A DNA stretch of 63,817 bases, counting the filler, from Octopus bimaculoides (lineage: Eukaryota): assembly GCF_001194135.2 (NCBI RefSeq). It is 11 parts of 9 records of this genome, joined end to end, with 100 filler letters (N's around TTAATTAATTAA, not from the genome) between each part and the next. Parts side by side here need not be neighbours in the genome. Positions count along the whole stretch, not along the records: positions 1 to 19,182 come from NC_068987.1; positions 19,283 to 23,573 come from NC_068983.1; positions 23,674 to 27,716 come from NC_069001.1; 8 more parts are not named here. One strand, 5' to 3'. Below the pieces are notes generated by a model. That model was not told where the DNA came from. It made no database searches and saw only the letters and a program-made list of their open reading frames with translations. Positions 12,070 to 24,424 of this stretch are shown here, piece by piece. The translations under genes and the position numbers were made by a program. The first letter of the stretch is position 1; each line of letters starts with the position of its first letter.

Positions 12070-12600
12070 GCGGCCGGAAGGAACTGTTTTGGGTTATTGC
12101 ATAGAAGGAAGATGTGCAAAATCGTCGAACACTTGCTCAGAAGTTTCCAACTGATGTGCCAGTGTGACCATGGAGTACATACAGCAAGTCATCCAGATCT
12201 AGATAAAGTATTTGTTAGGTCAGTGGATAAGGTTAGTGTAGGTTGTCTACAGTTCTAATCTGCGATCGGCTGAGCTGATTTTATATAAGACCCTTAGACA
12301 GAGATCACCTTACTGAAAGTTGAGCTCATTCTTCCCACTGCACAAAAAAGAATACAGAAGCTGGTTTACTGAATTATTATTTAAAATTATTGTTGACGGG
12401 AGCAATCACCAACAATTTGTGGTGGGACTCCGGCCTGGAGAGAAAGGTTAGATCAGAATTGATAGCATTTAGCAAAGAAATAACGGTAGAAAAAAATAGA
12501 TTGTAGGGAGAACTAGATGGCAATATAAAAGAGGATGAGATTACTTAGGATATCCCTAGCGCCTGCGACGGCACTGGCTCAAAGCCGTATCGGCCTTTTA
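12070..12600 (+). pseudogene. Decayed L1/Tx1-like APE endonuclease C-terminus and linker
   Basis: Frameshifted LAQKFPTDVPV.W and DLDKVFVRSVDKVSVGCLQF resemble the APE YLDRVF block; NNLWW...KVRSELIAFSKE linker. Confidence 0.55.
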
Positions 12601-13406
12601 ATGGCTTGCGTGAAGAGAAGAAACTTGTATACATGGGTTAATGCTAGTCTTTCTCAAGAAACACCCTACCCAGGCTTCTGCATGCATGGCTACAGGATCG
12701 AACCTGACCAATGAAGAGTCCTATAGCAATTTTTAATCATATCAACTAATTTAGTAAATATTTCAAATAAACAGTTTTTTGATTATCATTTTTTCTACTG
12801 GCAATTTGGATAATGTTTATTGTCAATGAAACAGTTATTGTATACAATTTCATCATGAACTATATGTGAAATTTATGCTTTTCTTCTTTTTTTCTTCTAA
12901 ACTTAACGATCGTTTTATCTGATTCTGAATATACTTCCATGTTTGTCCCATTGGGATTTATTGCATTGTAATAATCTATAGGAATTCAAGAAAATGTCAT
13001 TAATCGAGTTCTTAATAATTGTAGATATTTTTTTTGTGTTTATACATCAGTTAGATATATTTGCTCCCTGTTAAGCGCTATCAATATAAATAAACCACTT
13101 CAAGATGTAAACAGCAATTAAAATAATTTCTTTTGAAAAAAGAACATATGATTAATAAATTAAAGGAAGACTCAAAGCAATCACGACTTCACATTTTCTA
13201 AGAAACTATTTTTTCTTAAAGCACGCCATAGTTTATCAATATTTTATGATTGGATGTCTTCGCCAAACTGGAAAATAAAATTAATTGAATGATTAATTAG
13301 TAGACGTTCAAAATCCATACTGTATACATTATATTTCCCACATCAACAAACTTCGTTTGTTTTCTTTCTGCAGGATACACCATTAATGTTAGATTGTCGA
13401 CAAGTT

Positions 13407-13790
13407 AAAAGGGAAAAGACTTACCATTACAACAAACAATGAAAAGATAACTATCCTTTGTTTGGGATGATTAAAGAGAAATGAACGTGTTTAATTTGAT
13501 AGAGAAATATAACTGCTCCAAAACGTGACGAAGTAGTAAGACATTGTTCATAGACTATTCATATGGTTTGCTCCAAATTCTGGAAAATGAGAAAAGAAAA
13601 GAATTAATTTCAAGTTTGGAAAAGAAGCAATCGTTTTTCACACCGTCAACTCTTAAATCTTTAGCTGCCGCCGTCGTGTCAGTTCGAGCATCGCAAGTAA
13701 TTGTGATACAGAAAAATAACATTTGAACATGGTGAAATGATGAAAGAAGCTTTTCTGAAAACAAATGATTTGCTACTTGTAAACTTTAAA
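13407..13790 (+). pseudogene. hAT transposase N-terminal remnant (GTF2IRD2/SPIN-like)
   Basis: KREKTYHY...TCLI..R...KRDEVVRH, SSLEKKQSFFTPSTLKS.AA.VS.R, FEHGEMMKEAFL; many stops. Confidence 0.75.
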
Positions 13791-13829
13791 TATAACAGAT
13801 ATAAATAATAGATATAATAGATATAATAA

Positions 13830-13940
13830 TCTTTTCTACCATAAGCAAAAGGCCTGAAATTTCGGGGAAGAGACTAATCGATTACATCAGTGTTTAACTG
13901 ATACTTATTTTATCGACCTCGAAAGTATGAAAGCAAACTC
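13830..13940 (-). mobile_element. SINE S2 fragment
   Basis: ATCGACCTCGAAAGTATGAAAG...CCTCGGCAGGATTTGA. Confidence 0.7.
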
Positions 13941-13990
13941 AACCTCGGCAGGATTTGACTCCTAGATCTGAAGTCGGGCAAAATGCCGCG

Positions 13991-14653
13991 AACCAGAAGG
14001 TGCCACCGAAAATTAATGAGTACAAAATCTTGTGGGATTTTACAAAAAAACAGAAGGCGTCACCGAGAATAATCAGTTTAAGATCTTGTAGGATTTTACA
14101 AAAGCATAAACCAGAAGACGTCACCGAGAACAATGTGCATAAGATCTTGAGAGATTTTTACAAAAACCGAAGGGCGTTACAGAGAATAATGCGTATAAGA
14201 TCTTGTGGGGTTTTACAATCCAGTGTGATTCAACCATTGATACTCGGAGACATTATTGTAGTAGATAAAAATAGGGTAAGGAAACGGAGATCATAGACAT
14301 TGCTGTACCTGAGGATGTACGAGTGTGTGACAAAGATCTGAAAAAGACTGAGAAGTACAAGCCACAAAAAGATGAAATTGCACGAATATGGGCAATGAAG
14401 AAGGTAACTATCATCCTAGTAGTTGTGGGGGCACTAGAAGCAATGACAACTTGGTTTGAGAAATTTGTTGGAGAAATTGGGATTACATGAGGGTAGAACA
14501 CATTCAGAAAACGGCTTTACTGAGGACAGCGAGGATTCTGAGATTAGTACTTGTGTGTTAAGTATCGTGAAAAGAGACCCTGTGAGACCCTTGACAACAG
14601 GGTGTTGTCCGCTCTAACAGAATTAACCAGAGCAACTAAAATCGAGAGCTCTG
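13991..14653 (+). mobile_element. R4/Dong RLE 3' fragment with a fourfold repeated entry motif, ending in (GAA)n
   Basis: KPEGVTENN.YKILWDF x4, IIDIAVPED, EKYK, LL.TARILRLVL; (GAA)n 14655-14777. Confidence 0.85.
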
Positions 14654-14654
14654 A

Positions 14655-14777
14655 GAAGAAGAAGAAGAAAAAGAAGAAGAAGAAGAAGAAGAAGAAGAAG
14701 AAGAAGAAGAAGAAGAAGAAGAAGAAGAAGAAGAAGAAGAAGAAGAAGAAGAAGAAGAAGAAGAAGAAGAAGAAGAA
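14655..14777. repeat. (GAA)n microsatellite
   Basis: Read directly. Confidence 0.97.
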
Positions 14778-14789
14778 AATTTCGCTATA

Positions 14790-16920
14790 TCTCTAATGTC
14801 GTCCAGAACCCAGAGCAACCCTGGCTGACCGAAGGAACAACATACCTTCAACCAAAAAGTGAAGACACAAAACATCCAAAGAACTACCGACCAATAACAT
14901 GTCCCAACACCACCTACAAGATCCTCACATCCATATTGCACAAAAGTCTATCCATCCATAAGCTCAAAAAGGCTGTAAAAGGAATTCTTATGGGTGCAAA
15001 GATCAATTACTCATTAATAAAATGATTGTAGAGAATTGCCGGAGCAAAAGGAACCTGAGTATGGCATGGATAGACCACAGGAAAGCGTTTGATAGTGTTC
15101 CACGTAGTTGGCTACTCAAGGCCCTTGAGATATATGAGATCTCTCCTGTCGTCTCCAAATTCTTAAAAGGCAGCATGGTCAAGTGGAATACACGTCTCCT
15201 TCTAAACCATAGTAATGGGATGAGCCAATCTAACAACATCAACATCAAACGAGGCATCTTTCAAGATGACTCCCTCGCCCCATCACTCCCCACTCTCAAA
15301 CGAACTAAATAACCCCGGTATACTTTCAAAATTTATAATACGACAATAAACCATCTGTTCTATATGGACTATCTGAAGAGGTTTGCTAGAAACAACGAAG
15401 AGTTAGTAGGGCTGCTAACAGCTGTTAAAGAGTTCAGCAATGACATCGGAATGGATTTTTGCCTTGATAAGTGTGTTCAAACAACTTTTGTAAGAGGCAA
15501 GCTCAGACAAGCAGCTTCCATTAAATTAGACACCGATTCTACCATCAAGGAGTTCGACCCACAAGAAAATTACAAACACCTACGGATAAATGAAGGAGAT
15601 GGTATACAGCATGCTACTATGAAGGAAAAAATAAGAAAGGAGTATTACAGGAGAGTAAGACTCATACTAAAAACTGAACTCAGCTCGAAAAATCACATCG
15701 AAGCCATTAACACCCTGACACTTCCTGTAGTCCAATATAGTTTTAACATCATTAACTGGAATCTTGCAGAGCTCAAATGCCTGGACAGGAAAACAAGAAA
15801 ATTACTAACATCTAAGAACATGTACCACCCAAGAGCAGGCGTTGATCATCGGTACCTACCTAGAAGTAATGGGGAAAGAGAAATGATGCAGGTAGAACTG
15901 TGCCATAAGACCTCTACAATAGCAATAAACAGACGATTAGACGTTGCGGCTTGTGTGCAAACGCGAAAGCAGCAAAAAATCACATTCTCTTGTCAAGGAG
16001 AACTTGAAACCATTGTCACAAAACAAGCACAACGGATCAAGAGACTGCAAAAAAGAACGGGCAGAAACAAAATGAAGAGCGGTGGAGCCAGAAGCCTCTG
16101 CATGGACAGTATATACTTCGAAGTCGAAATGCTGATGGAGACCAAACAACAATCCATCAGTGGCGGCACAAGATCAAAGCTTGCTTACAAAAAACTACCA
16201 GGCTAACGTTCTTCAAAGCGATTCTGACCCAAAATTCAGATTCTGCGACACATTTGATGAAACAATAGACCATCTCGTCTCGAGATGACCTGTGCTGACA
16301 CCAAACGAATACAAAAATCGCCACGATAGGGTAGGACAGTATTTACATTGGAAAATATATAAACACTACAAAATCAGCACCCCTGCTTAGTGGTATGAAC
16401 ATCACTCCAAGCCAGTCGTTGCAGGTAAAAATGTCACTATCCTCTGGGATTTTCCAGTCAACACTGACAGAACGATTCAAGCTTATCTACCACACAGGAT
16501 TATTAAAGAGAACGAAGTAAACACTTGTTGACTAATAGATGTAAGCGCTTCAACTAATAAAAATATATCTGTAAAGGAATTTGACAAATTAAGTAAATAT
16601 AAGGACCTGGAAATTGAAATACAAAAGATAAGTATCTTAAAGCGAGAACTGTTCCTGTTACTGTAGGTACCCTAGGTATGGTTTAAAAAAAGGGCTGTCA
16701 GAAACATCTAGATAAGATACCAGGCGAACCATGTCTCAGAGAAATCCAAAAGATTGCGCTGACTAGTACTGCCCACATCCTTAGAAAAATTCGTGTTGTT
16801 TACATGAAGATATTTCGCTACTGCTCCTACCACTTCTCCTCCCCAAGCCTTCAGTCAAACTGTAATACCTCTTATCCTTCACTCGCCCCAGGACGCTGGG
16901 TGTGTCTCGGCAAGTGATTG
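14790..16920 (+). mobile_element. R4/Dong RLE retrotransposon, 5'-truncated (RT, Zn knuckle, RLE)
   Basis: KNYRPITC, QKGC...[34 protein letters not shown] (YMDD mutated), KIRKEYYRRVRLILKTEL, ETIDHLVS, ILWDF, TAHILRK. Confidence 0.93.
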
Positions 16921-16934
16921 TAACAAACATGCAG

Positions 16935-18832
16935 ATTATAAGTAAAAAAAATAATGTTCCTTGCGGAAAGCAGTCTACTGTCAGTAGAACAAAAGGGGTG
17001 CATTAAAGACCACCTTGTGATAGACAAGGTTATAATGAAGAACTCTAAACGGTACCAAAAAAACTTATGCATGGCCTGGATAGACTTCAAAAATACTAAC
17101 GACATGTTGCCGCATTCGTGGATTTAGGAAACATTCGACATGTGTAGAATAGCTGAGAATGTGTGTGCACTGGTTAGTTAGAAAACACGTCTTTCCTGTG
17201 ACAACCAGTACTTAACCAAGGTAACACTCAAAAGAGGTATCTTCCAAGGAGACTCTTGTTCACCTCTGTTATTTGTTATAGCCTTGATCCCACTTTCTGT
17301 AGTCCTACGCAAAATCAAAAATCAATGTGCACTATGAGCTGAGAAAAAATGGACCTCGTCTCAGCCACCTTCTCTTCATGGATGATTTAAAATTGTTCGC
17401 AAAAAAGAGTCTGAAATGGAGAGGCTGGTGGAGACTGTGCAAATGTGCCGCAAGGATATAGGGATGGACTTCGATATCTCGAAGTGTGCAGTGCTTACTT
17501 TGAAGCGAGGGAAAAGAGTAAATTGTAGTTGTATAGAATTGCCAAACGAAGAGAGAATGGAAAACCCAGATGATGATGGGTACAAGTACCTTGGGATCAC
17601 AAAGAAATGAAAGACAAGGTCATCACTTCGTATTTCAAGCGCCTCAAACTTCTCTTGAAATCAAAGCTCAATTCAAGGAACCTTGTGACTGCCAGATGGG
17701 CTGCTACTGTAGTCCGCTAGAGTGCACCCATCCTGAAATGGACACAAGTGGAGATTGACCAACTCGATCGCACTACCCTAAAGACAATGGCAAAGCATGG
17801 TGCCCTCCACCATAAGGCAAATGAGAGGTAAAGAGAGGTAAAGGTGGACGTGAGCCGATTAGCGTACGAGAGTGCATCAACTGAAAGAAGAAACATGGCA
17901 GAATATTTGGTAAACAGCGAAGAAGACCTGCTACAGTATGTTGCTAATGCAGAAGGAGTTAACAAAAATGGACTTGAGAGTGCTCATGAATTCAGATCAA
18001 GAACAGCCAACAAGAGAGAAGAAACACTACTTCGTATGGAATTACATGGTCAGTTCCATCGTGAAACCAACAAATTAAAAGACCAGGAAGCATCATGGAG
18101 ATGGCTCAACAAGGTGACCTAAAAAAAAGAATACAGAAAGCCTAATCATCGCTGCCCAGGACCAGGCATTGAATATCAATTTAGTAAAAAAATATATACT
18201 ATAAAAGTGCAAGGGACCTCTTCAGAATGTATGGGAAGAGGGTCGAAAGCGTGACTCACATTGTTAGTGCTTGTGAAAGTCTTGCGCAATTAGAGTACAA
18301 GCGTAGACACAAGGTAGCCCAAAACCTCCAATGGCTACTATGCTGTAAATATGGATATGAGGTTACGGATGCTTGCTACCAATATACACCGGAAAAGTGT
18401 TAGAGCACTGAAGGCCGGATATAGTAATCTTTAGGAATGACAAACGAGAGTGCCTAATAATCGACGTAGCAGTGCCAGGAGATCAACATATCATCATGAA
18501 AGAAAGAGAAAAGTTGATAAATATGGAGACCTGAGAATTGAGATCCCTAAGATGTGGCAGCTACGAGAGTTGAACATAAAAGTTATCACTATTGTCATCG
18601 GAGCATTGAGTTCAATACCACCCAATCTGAAAAAACATCTGAAAAACCTTAGAGAGATACCCTACATCTATGTGTATTTCAAAAGTCGGCATTACTTGGA
18701 ACTGCACGCATATTGCGTAAAGTACTGTCTGTCTGAGGTACTTGTTGTGACTTGACAAATAGTACAGACACCCGGTAGACATAAGATCTTCACTCAACAA
18801 CCTCACAATATTGTATACTGTGCGACGTCTAT

Positions 18833-18833
<1 letters not shown>
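16935..18833 (+). mobile_element. R4/Dong RLE retrotransposon, 5'-truncated, ending in (TAA)n
   Basis: EQKGC..DHLVIDK, AWIDFK, RGIFQGDS, HLLFMDDLKLFA (17365-17400), LHGQF, VESVTHIVSAC, ELHAYCVKYCL end; (TAA)n 18834-18893. Confidence 0.93.
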
Positions 18834-18893
<60 letters not shown>

Positions 18894-19182
18894 GCCAATG
18901 AAATAAGAGAACTAGACGAAAGCCAGCCATACAAATATTTAGGAGTCAATGAACTAGATAGGATACAACACACACAAATGAAAGAAAAAATAAAGAAAGA
19001 GTACTATAGACGAGTTAGATCAATACTAAAAACAGAGCTCAATGCTAAAAACAAGATAATAGGTATTAACACTTTAGCTGTCCCAGTTATAAGTTACAGC
19101 TACAATATCCTTAACTGGACACTAAACGAACTATCTAAAATAGACAGGAAAACAAGAAAAATAATGACAGGATATAGGATGC
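18894..19182 (+). mobile_element. R4/Dong fragment starting immediately after the previous element's (TAA)n tail; runs into a gap
   Basis: Uninterrupted frame YKYLGVNE...KEKIKKEYYRRVRSILKTELNAKNKIIGINTLAVPVISYSY...DRKTRKIM. Confidence 0.92.
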
Positions 19183-19226
19183 NNNNNNNNNNNNNNNNNN
19201 NNNNNNNNNNNNNNNNNNNNNNNNNN

Positions 19227-19238
19227 TTAATTAATTAA
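19227..19238. other. Assembly gap filler TTAATTAATTAA (also at 23618, 27761, 36719, 43779, 45947, 53934, 58308, 60124, 62651)
   Basis: Identical 12-mer centred in N-runs ten times; gives stops in all six frames. Confidence 0.95.
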
Positions 19239-21067
19239 NNNNNNNNNNNNNNNNNNNNNNNNNNNNNNNNNNNNNNNNNNNNATATATATATATATATAT
19301 ATATATAAACAGAGTTAGCAGTTATAGTAACTGAATAAGGGATAAAATATCCATACATACATCAGTATCTGTTACTTGTATCATCCTCGAGCAATGGTGT
19401 GCTGGTACACCATACACGTAGAATGCAGATAACAACAGGATAAAGAGGAGTTTATCAGGAACCAATGCAAATAATTAGAAAATGGAGAAAACTACAGATT
19501 AACCAACACATCAATTGGACCACATTTATAGCTTATTTTTTAATACAAAGCATGACATAACAAAATAGGTGATCTAACATATCTTACGGCCATTATTGAT
19601 CAGATTGCCAAAATGCAGTCTATACATAGATGTGAGAATAAAATACGTCATCTTCATAGGACATTTAAATTAAGGCAATGGATTTTCATCAGAGTGAAAA
19701 ACAAGAGCATACACTATAAACAAAAGGAAGAAGGAAAAGTAAAGAAAATCTGGCTTAGACAAGTAGTCTAGAAGCCCAATATGTTAAGAGCAAATAATGA
19801 TTTACCATCAGGGCTACAGGGTTGGTAGGTGAAAGAGTGAGCTAGTAAAGGTCTAGGGAATACTACAATTTATTAACAGGTAGGTGCAATTTTAAGGTGG
19901 TGGTCAGGGTGTTTTAAAAAAGAAGTTATCAAGAAACTATATGTAAGGAAAATACTAACATGATTATCAAAGGGCAGTACCTATGCTAACAGAGTAAACT
20001 CAAGTAAAAGTAAACAATTATTGTAGAGAGCTAAAGAAAAAATTTACTGACAGAAATTAATACCGCGAAACCCAAGTATGATCCACAATGGGGCAAGTCT
20101 AAGTCCAGCGGTCTCTACAATTGGTCAGTTACAGTTTGAAACTGAGTCATGAGTTAAAACTGTTACATAGGATTTTTTTTATGAAATAAACCAAAACAGA
20201 AAAAAGATACAGGGAATAAGTCAATACGTAGATATTGAGAGCTGTTTAGCATCTTAATGTTATAACATGCATGAGGGAAGAAATAGGATGTTTGCTGTTT
20301 AGTGGTTAAGGGGAGGCAACTAGAACTGGTAATTCAGTGGTTGGATGAACACTGTTAGGGAATGAAATTGGGCTAAGCCTCGTATATAGCAAACTGTAGT
20401 AATAATTAGGTATATACAGGTATGTAAGCAAAATTCATCCTGTAGGTGCTTTACAATGCACAAATAAAATGGCACTTACAATTAGGCAGATAATATATAA
20501 GGCCAAGTCACATGCTGAAATAATATCAAATATTGAAACTTCCTAGATATCAGCAGTGTCCTAAGTAAGCTTCATAATCATTACATAGTCATTAAAGTAT
20601 ATAGTTCCTATTATTATAAACCAATTTAAAAGAATATAATGGCACTAATGAGTACAATTAATGCCGGGTCCACAGGCAGATTGGTACTATGAGAGCAGTT
20701 ACCGTGAATCAAGCAATTTACAAAGTATGCCTAAAAAGCAAAAGCAAATGCCCTAAGATAAGAGATAAATACTAATTGACTCTAATCATTAAAATTCTAA
20801 ACAAAGGTATATTAACACCAAGTGGGTGCAAAAAAAGTACTTGTGGACACAGAGCACAATTAAAGTAAAGAAAAAATATAAACATGTAATTAAAATAAAA
20901 TGAAAAGGATGAAAAAAATCAAATGGGGGAAATATTGTTTACATGTATGTAGGGCTAATAATGTAGAAAACCTAAGGTCTTTTGTGTTCTTGGATAAGTT
21001 ATAGTAGAGAATAAAAGGCATAATACAAGGAGTTAGGTGATGATTAAATGGGGGAAATGTTAGTTGG

Positions 21068-21537
21068 TGTAAGAAATAGGTAATATACATGGGTGGGGGT
21101 TACATTTAAAACTTAGGAAAAGGGTAAGAGGAGGGGTTGGTTATTTGATTACCTACAAGAGCAACAATTATCCCTAACAAGATAGACTGTAAAAAGAGTA
21201 AGATGTATAACCTGCATTAAACTATTAGGGGCTACTATTTATATGCTGTGGGGTTATAGATATTATTATGGGGTAGTGTAAGTATATCTAGTGTTATTTA
21301 TTATTGTAAGAAATAGGTAATAGAAATGGGTAGAGGTAACATTTAAGACTTAGGAAAAGGGAAAGAGGCGGGTTAGTTATTTTACTACCTACAGGAACCT
21401 TGATATTCCTAAACAGGGTAAACTAAACAGGATGAAATATAACCTGCATCAAACTATCAGTGGCTACTAATTATATGCTGTGGGGTTATAAATACTATTA
21501 TGGGGTAGTAAAAGTATTACTAGTGTTACTTATATTT
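21068..21537. repeat. Diverged direct duplication, about 237-bp period, directly 3' of the PLE ORF stop
   Basis: TGTAAGAAATAGGTAATA at 21068 and 21305; shared CTTAGGAAAAGGG, TATAACCTGCAT, ATATGCTGTGGG, ATTATGGGGTAGT, CTAGTGTTA. Confidence 0.9.
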
Positions 21538-22860
21538 ATCGAAAGTAGACCTGCCTTTGTGCAGGCAAGCTACACTTCGCTCAACTCTCAGGTTCACTAA
21601 TGGAATTCATTCTGTTAGAATATAAAAATTTCATTTATGCAAAAGGTAACGTTTTCAATTATTTTCATTATATGAAGATGTAGTAATGAGGATCTTCCAA
21701 TTTAATGTGAAGCTAGTGTTACTATCATTGAATCCCCAAATGTACCTACTCAAACCAATCGAATTAATTAAGTTTCTGTTTCTAAAAGAATGTTGGTGCG
21801 TGGCCAGTCTTCATTTTATTTCATTTTGGGTGGCTTCAATATAACTCAATTTACTATACTGTTGTGACTGTGCATTGATAAATAATGTCCTTAATTCTAC
21901 AGGTGTTACCAACAGTACAATTATTCCTGTTCTTGCAGTCGCATAGGTTATTCTATTGGGTGAGTTACTTCCTAGTGGGGTAGGATTAAGTTTATTGAGG
22001 TTAAAGTAGTTATTTTGGTTCTGAGAGAATTCTATACTAAGATTAGGGTAGTGTTTATTATTATTATTTCTACTAATACTGCCGTTGGTACTATTTTTGT
22101 TTCTTTTTGAGTAGAAAGTATCTAATTTTTTATTATTCAGGGAGGATATTATGCTCCCTAAATTATATGTAAGGCTATAATCTATCCTTGTTGTACTACT
22201 ATTTATAAGATTAGAATACCTATTATTCTTATCAAAGTGTCTATTTACAACATTCAATAATTGCTTAGCTAAGTTCATCCTTATTTGCATTGCATAAGAG
22301 ATTATACACTGGATCTTATCTCCTGATTTGCCAGTAGTTTCTTCATGGGTGGTGCTTATTGATATTACTTTTCCTGTGTGCATTGATCCTCATAGTTCTA
22401 CCTGGTATGTTACTATTGCTTTTGTAGTTATTTATGCAGTTACTAAATTTTGTCATATTAGTGTCATTTGCTGCTGCTACTTGTGCATTTTTACATCACT
22501 TGAGTGTATGGTCATGCACAGTAATGTTGCAGTTGGCATATACATTATTACTACTATCCATTACATGTTCATATGGGATATATTTAATTCTCCCTCTATA
22601 GCCTGCCTCCATAAGTGCTTTATCGTACCTATCTTTATGGCTATTAAATATGTCCTCATTAGATGAAAGATAGGGAATCCTTTTGCTAATGCCTCTAATT
22701 AAAGCTCTTTTTATTGATTGTGGATGGTTACTTTGATAGTTTATATACTTCAGGTTACAGTTAGGTTTCATATAAGGTTGGTATAAACCCGTATTTAAAT
22801 CACAGATAACATCTAAGTAGTTAATGGAGTAGTTTGCATTATTTATTGTAATGGAGAGAC
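21526..22860 (-). pseudogene. Second, distinct Penelope-like element (RT thumb and GIY-YIG)
   Basis: INYLDVICDLNTGLYQPYMKPN...YIN..SNHPQSI...L..GISKRI, KQLLNVVNRHF...YS...NLGSIIS, CDC....C..GNTC.IKDIIYQCTV...YIEAT...RLATHQHSF...LSRYIW, C.HK end. Confidence 0.88.
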
Positions 22861-22869
22861 CGATATTGA

Positions 22870-23148
22870 AGTACCCCCTGACTGGCCCCCATGCTGGTGG
22901 CATGTAAAAAGGACTGTCTGAACGTGATCGATGCCAGGCCCGCCTGACTGGCTCCTGTGCTGGTGGCATGAAAAAAACACCTACTACACTCTCAAAGTGG
23001 TTGGCGTTAGGAAGGGCATCCAGCTGTAGAAACATTGCTAGATCAGATTGGAGACTGGTGCAGCCGCTGGCTCTCCAGACCTTGGTCAAACCATCCAACC
23101 CATGCCAGCATGGAAAACGGATGTTAAACGATGACGATGATGATGATG
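22870..23148 (+). mobile_element. RTE-type 3' end with (GAT)n tail, at the 5' edge of the PLE
   Basis: GGTTGGCGTTAGGAAGGGCATCCAGCTGTAGAAAC...CCATGCCAGCATGGAAAACGGATGTTAAACGATGA; the same end is attached to RTE coding sequence at 35165-36105. Confidence 0.88.
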
Positions 23149-23366
23149 ATATGTGTTTATATTTGTTTATATATATGTTTATATATAGTAATATTATCTC
23201 GGTTGAAAAAACTTCAATAATGAAAATATGTTAATAGTTACCAGGGTAGCAAAAATCACAAAAACTGGGATATCATACCCGGTTAATAGGTAGAAATACC
23301 AAGTTAAAGTGATGTATTTTGAGTGGATATGAAGAATAATAATAAATGGAGCAAAACGCATATAAT

Positions 23367-23573
23367 CAATAAATTCCTTTAATTCCTACATATGTTTAAA
23401 AATAAATGTGCACTCTACTCCAAAGAAGTAAGAGGTACTGGAATTGCACATAAATTCATCTTCAGGGAACCAACATACAAAAAGCAAGACGTGCAATTCC
23501 AGCACCTCTTACTTCTTTGGAGTAGAGTGCACATATATTTTGAAACGTATGTAGGAATTAAAGGAACTTATTG
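23367..23573. mobile_element. Fold-back / MITE-like element: 83-bp inverted arms, 41-bp spacer
   Basis: 23367-23449 vs 23491-23573 match at 78/83 positions; the right arm ends at a gap. Confidence 0.75.
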
Positions 23574-24188
23574 NNNNNNNNNNNNNNNNNNNNNNNNNNN
23601 NNNNNNNNNNNNNNNNNTTAATTAATTAANNNNNNNNNNNNNNNNNNNNNNNNNNNNNNNNNNNNNNNNNNNNTTTTGATGTACGTTTGTTTAATCTGAC
23701 AACTATTTTGGATCAGAAACAAGAAAATTACAATCTACAATTTCGAACTGCATTTTAAGTTATAATTCTTGGCCGAAAGGTTATTCTTTAAAGCTTAGAA
23801 AAAAATTCTCTGCCTTTTTATATATTTATTTCTTTGGTTGTTAATCTAATTCTGAAGTTGGCACTCTAATTAGCTTCGTTTCATGGGAGGTTAAGGTTAG
23901 GGTTAGGGTTAAGTTTAACCTTAAAAATTAACTTTCTTCTTCTTAGAAGGGAATAATAATAACTTTATGAAATGATTATGGTTCCAAACGTTGCCTTTTG
24001 AAAGTGTACTAGTTGCTGTTTGACTTTACGGACTTGACATCCAGACAACCCCTCCTCACCGCTGGAGGGGGTGCCGGCATATTCAGACTATGATAGATAT
24101 ATGATGTAGTTTGATAAAAATTATATGATTTCATAAATTCAATGTTATAAAATCACTTATCTGTAATATAGAACGTGTTAATACGACT

Positions 24189-24400
24189 TTATTGTCAAGA
24201 ATGACATCAAATTGGTAGCTTATTGTCAAAAATGACATCAAATTGGTAGCTTATTGTCAAGAATGACATCAAATTGGTAGCTTATTGCCAAGGAAAAATA
24301 TCAAGATACTAATTTATTGTCAATGACAACACGAAAATGACAGCTTACTGTCATTGACAATATGAAGATATCGGCTAATTGTCAAAGAAAATGTCAAGAA
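24189..24400. repeat. 31-bp minisatellite (3 near-perfect and about 4 degenerate units)
   Basis: TTATTGTCAAGAATGACATCAAATTGGTAGC at 24189, 24220, 24251. Confidence 0.92.
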
Positions 24401-24424
24401 GACAGTTTAAACTATATCTTATAT

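Noticed and set aside
19227-19238. Recurrent TTAATTAATTAA inside N-runs
   Set aside because: Assembly filler giving stops in six frames; not biological.
19800-20800. Possible NUMT because of AT-rich, hydrophobic-looking frames
   Set aside because: No mitochondrial gene motif recognised; frames are closed.
21541-21582. Imperfect hairpin near the PLE end
   Set aside because: It lies within the ORF's last codons; no ribozyme core.
23889-23922. TTAGGG units suggesting an interstitial telomere (also 32765, 54186)
   Set aside because: Only 2-4 imperfect units; the latter two lie inside a dispersed repeat.
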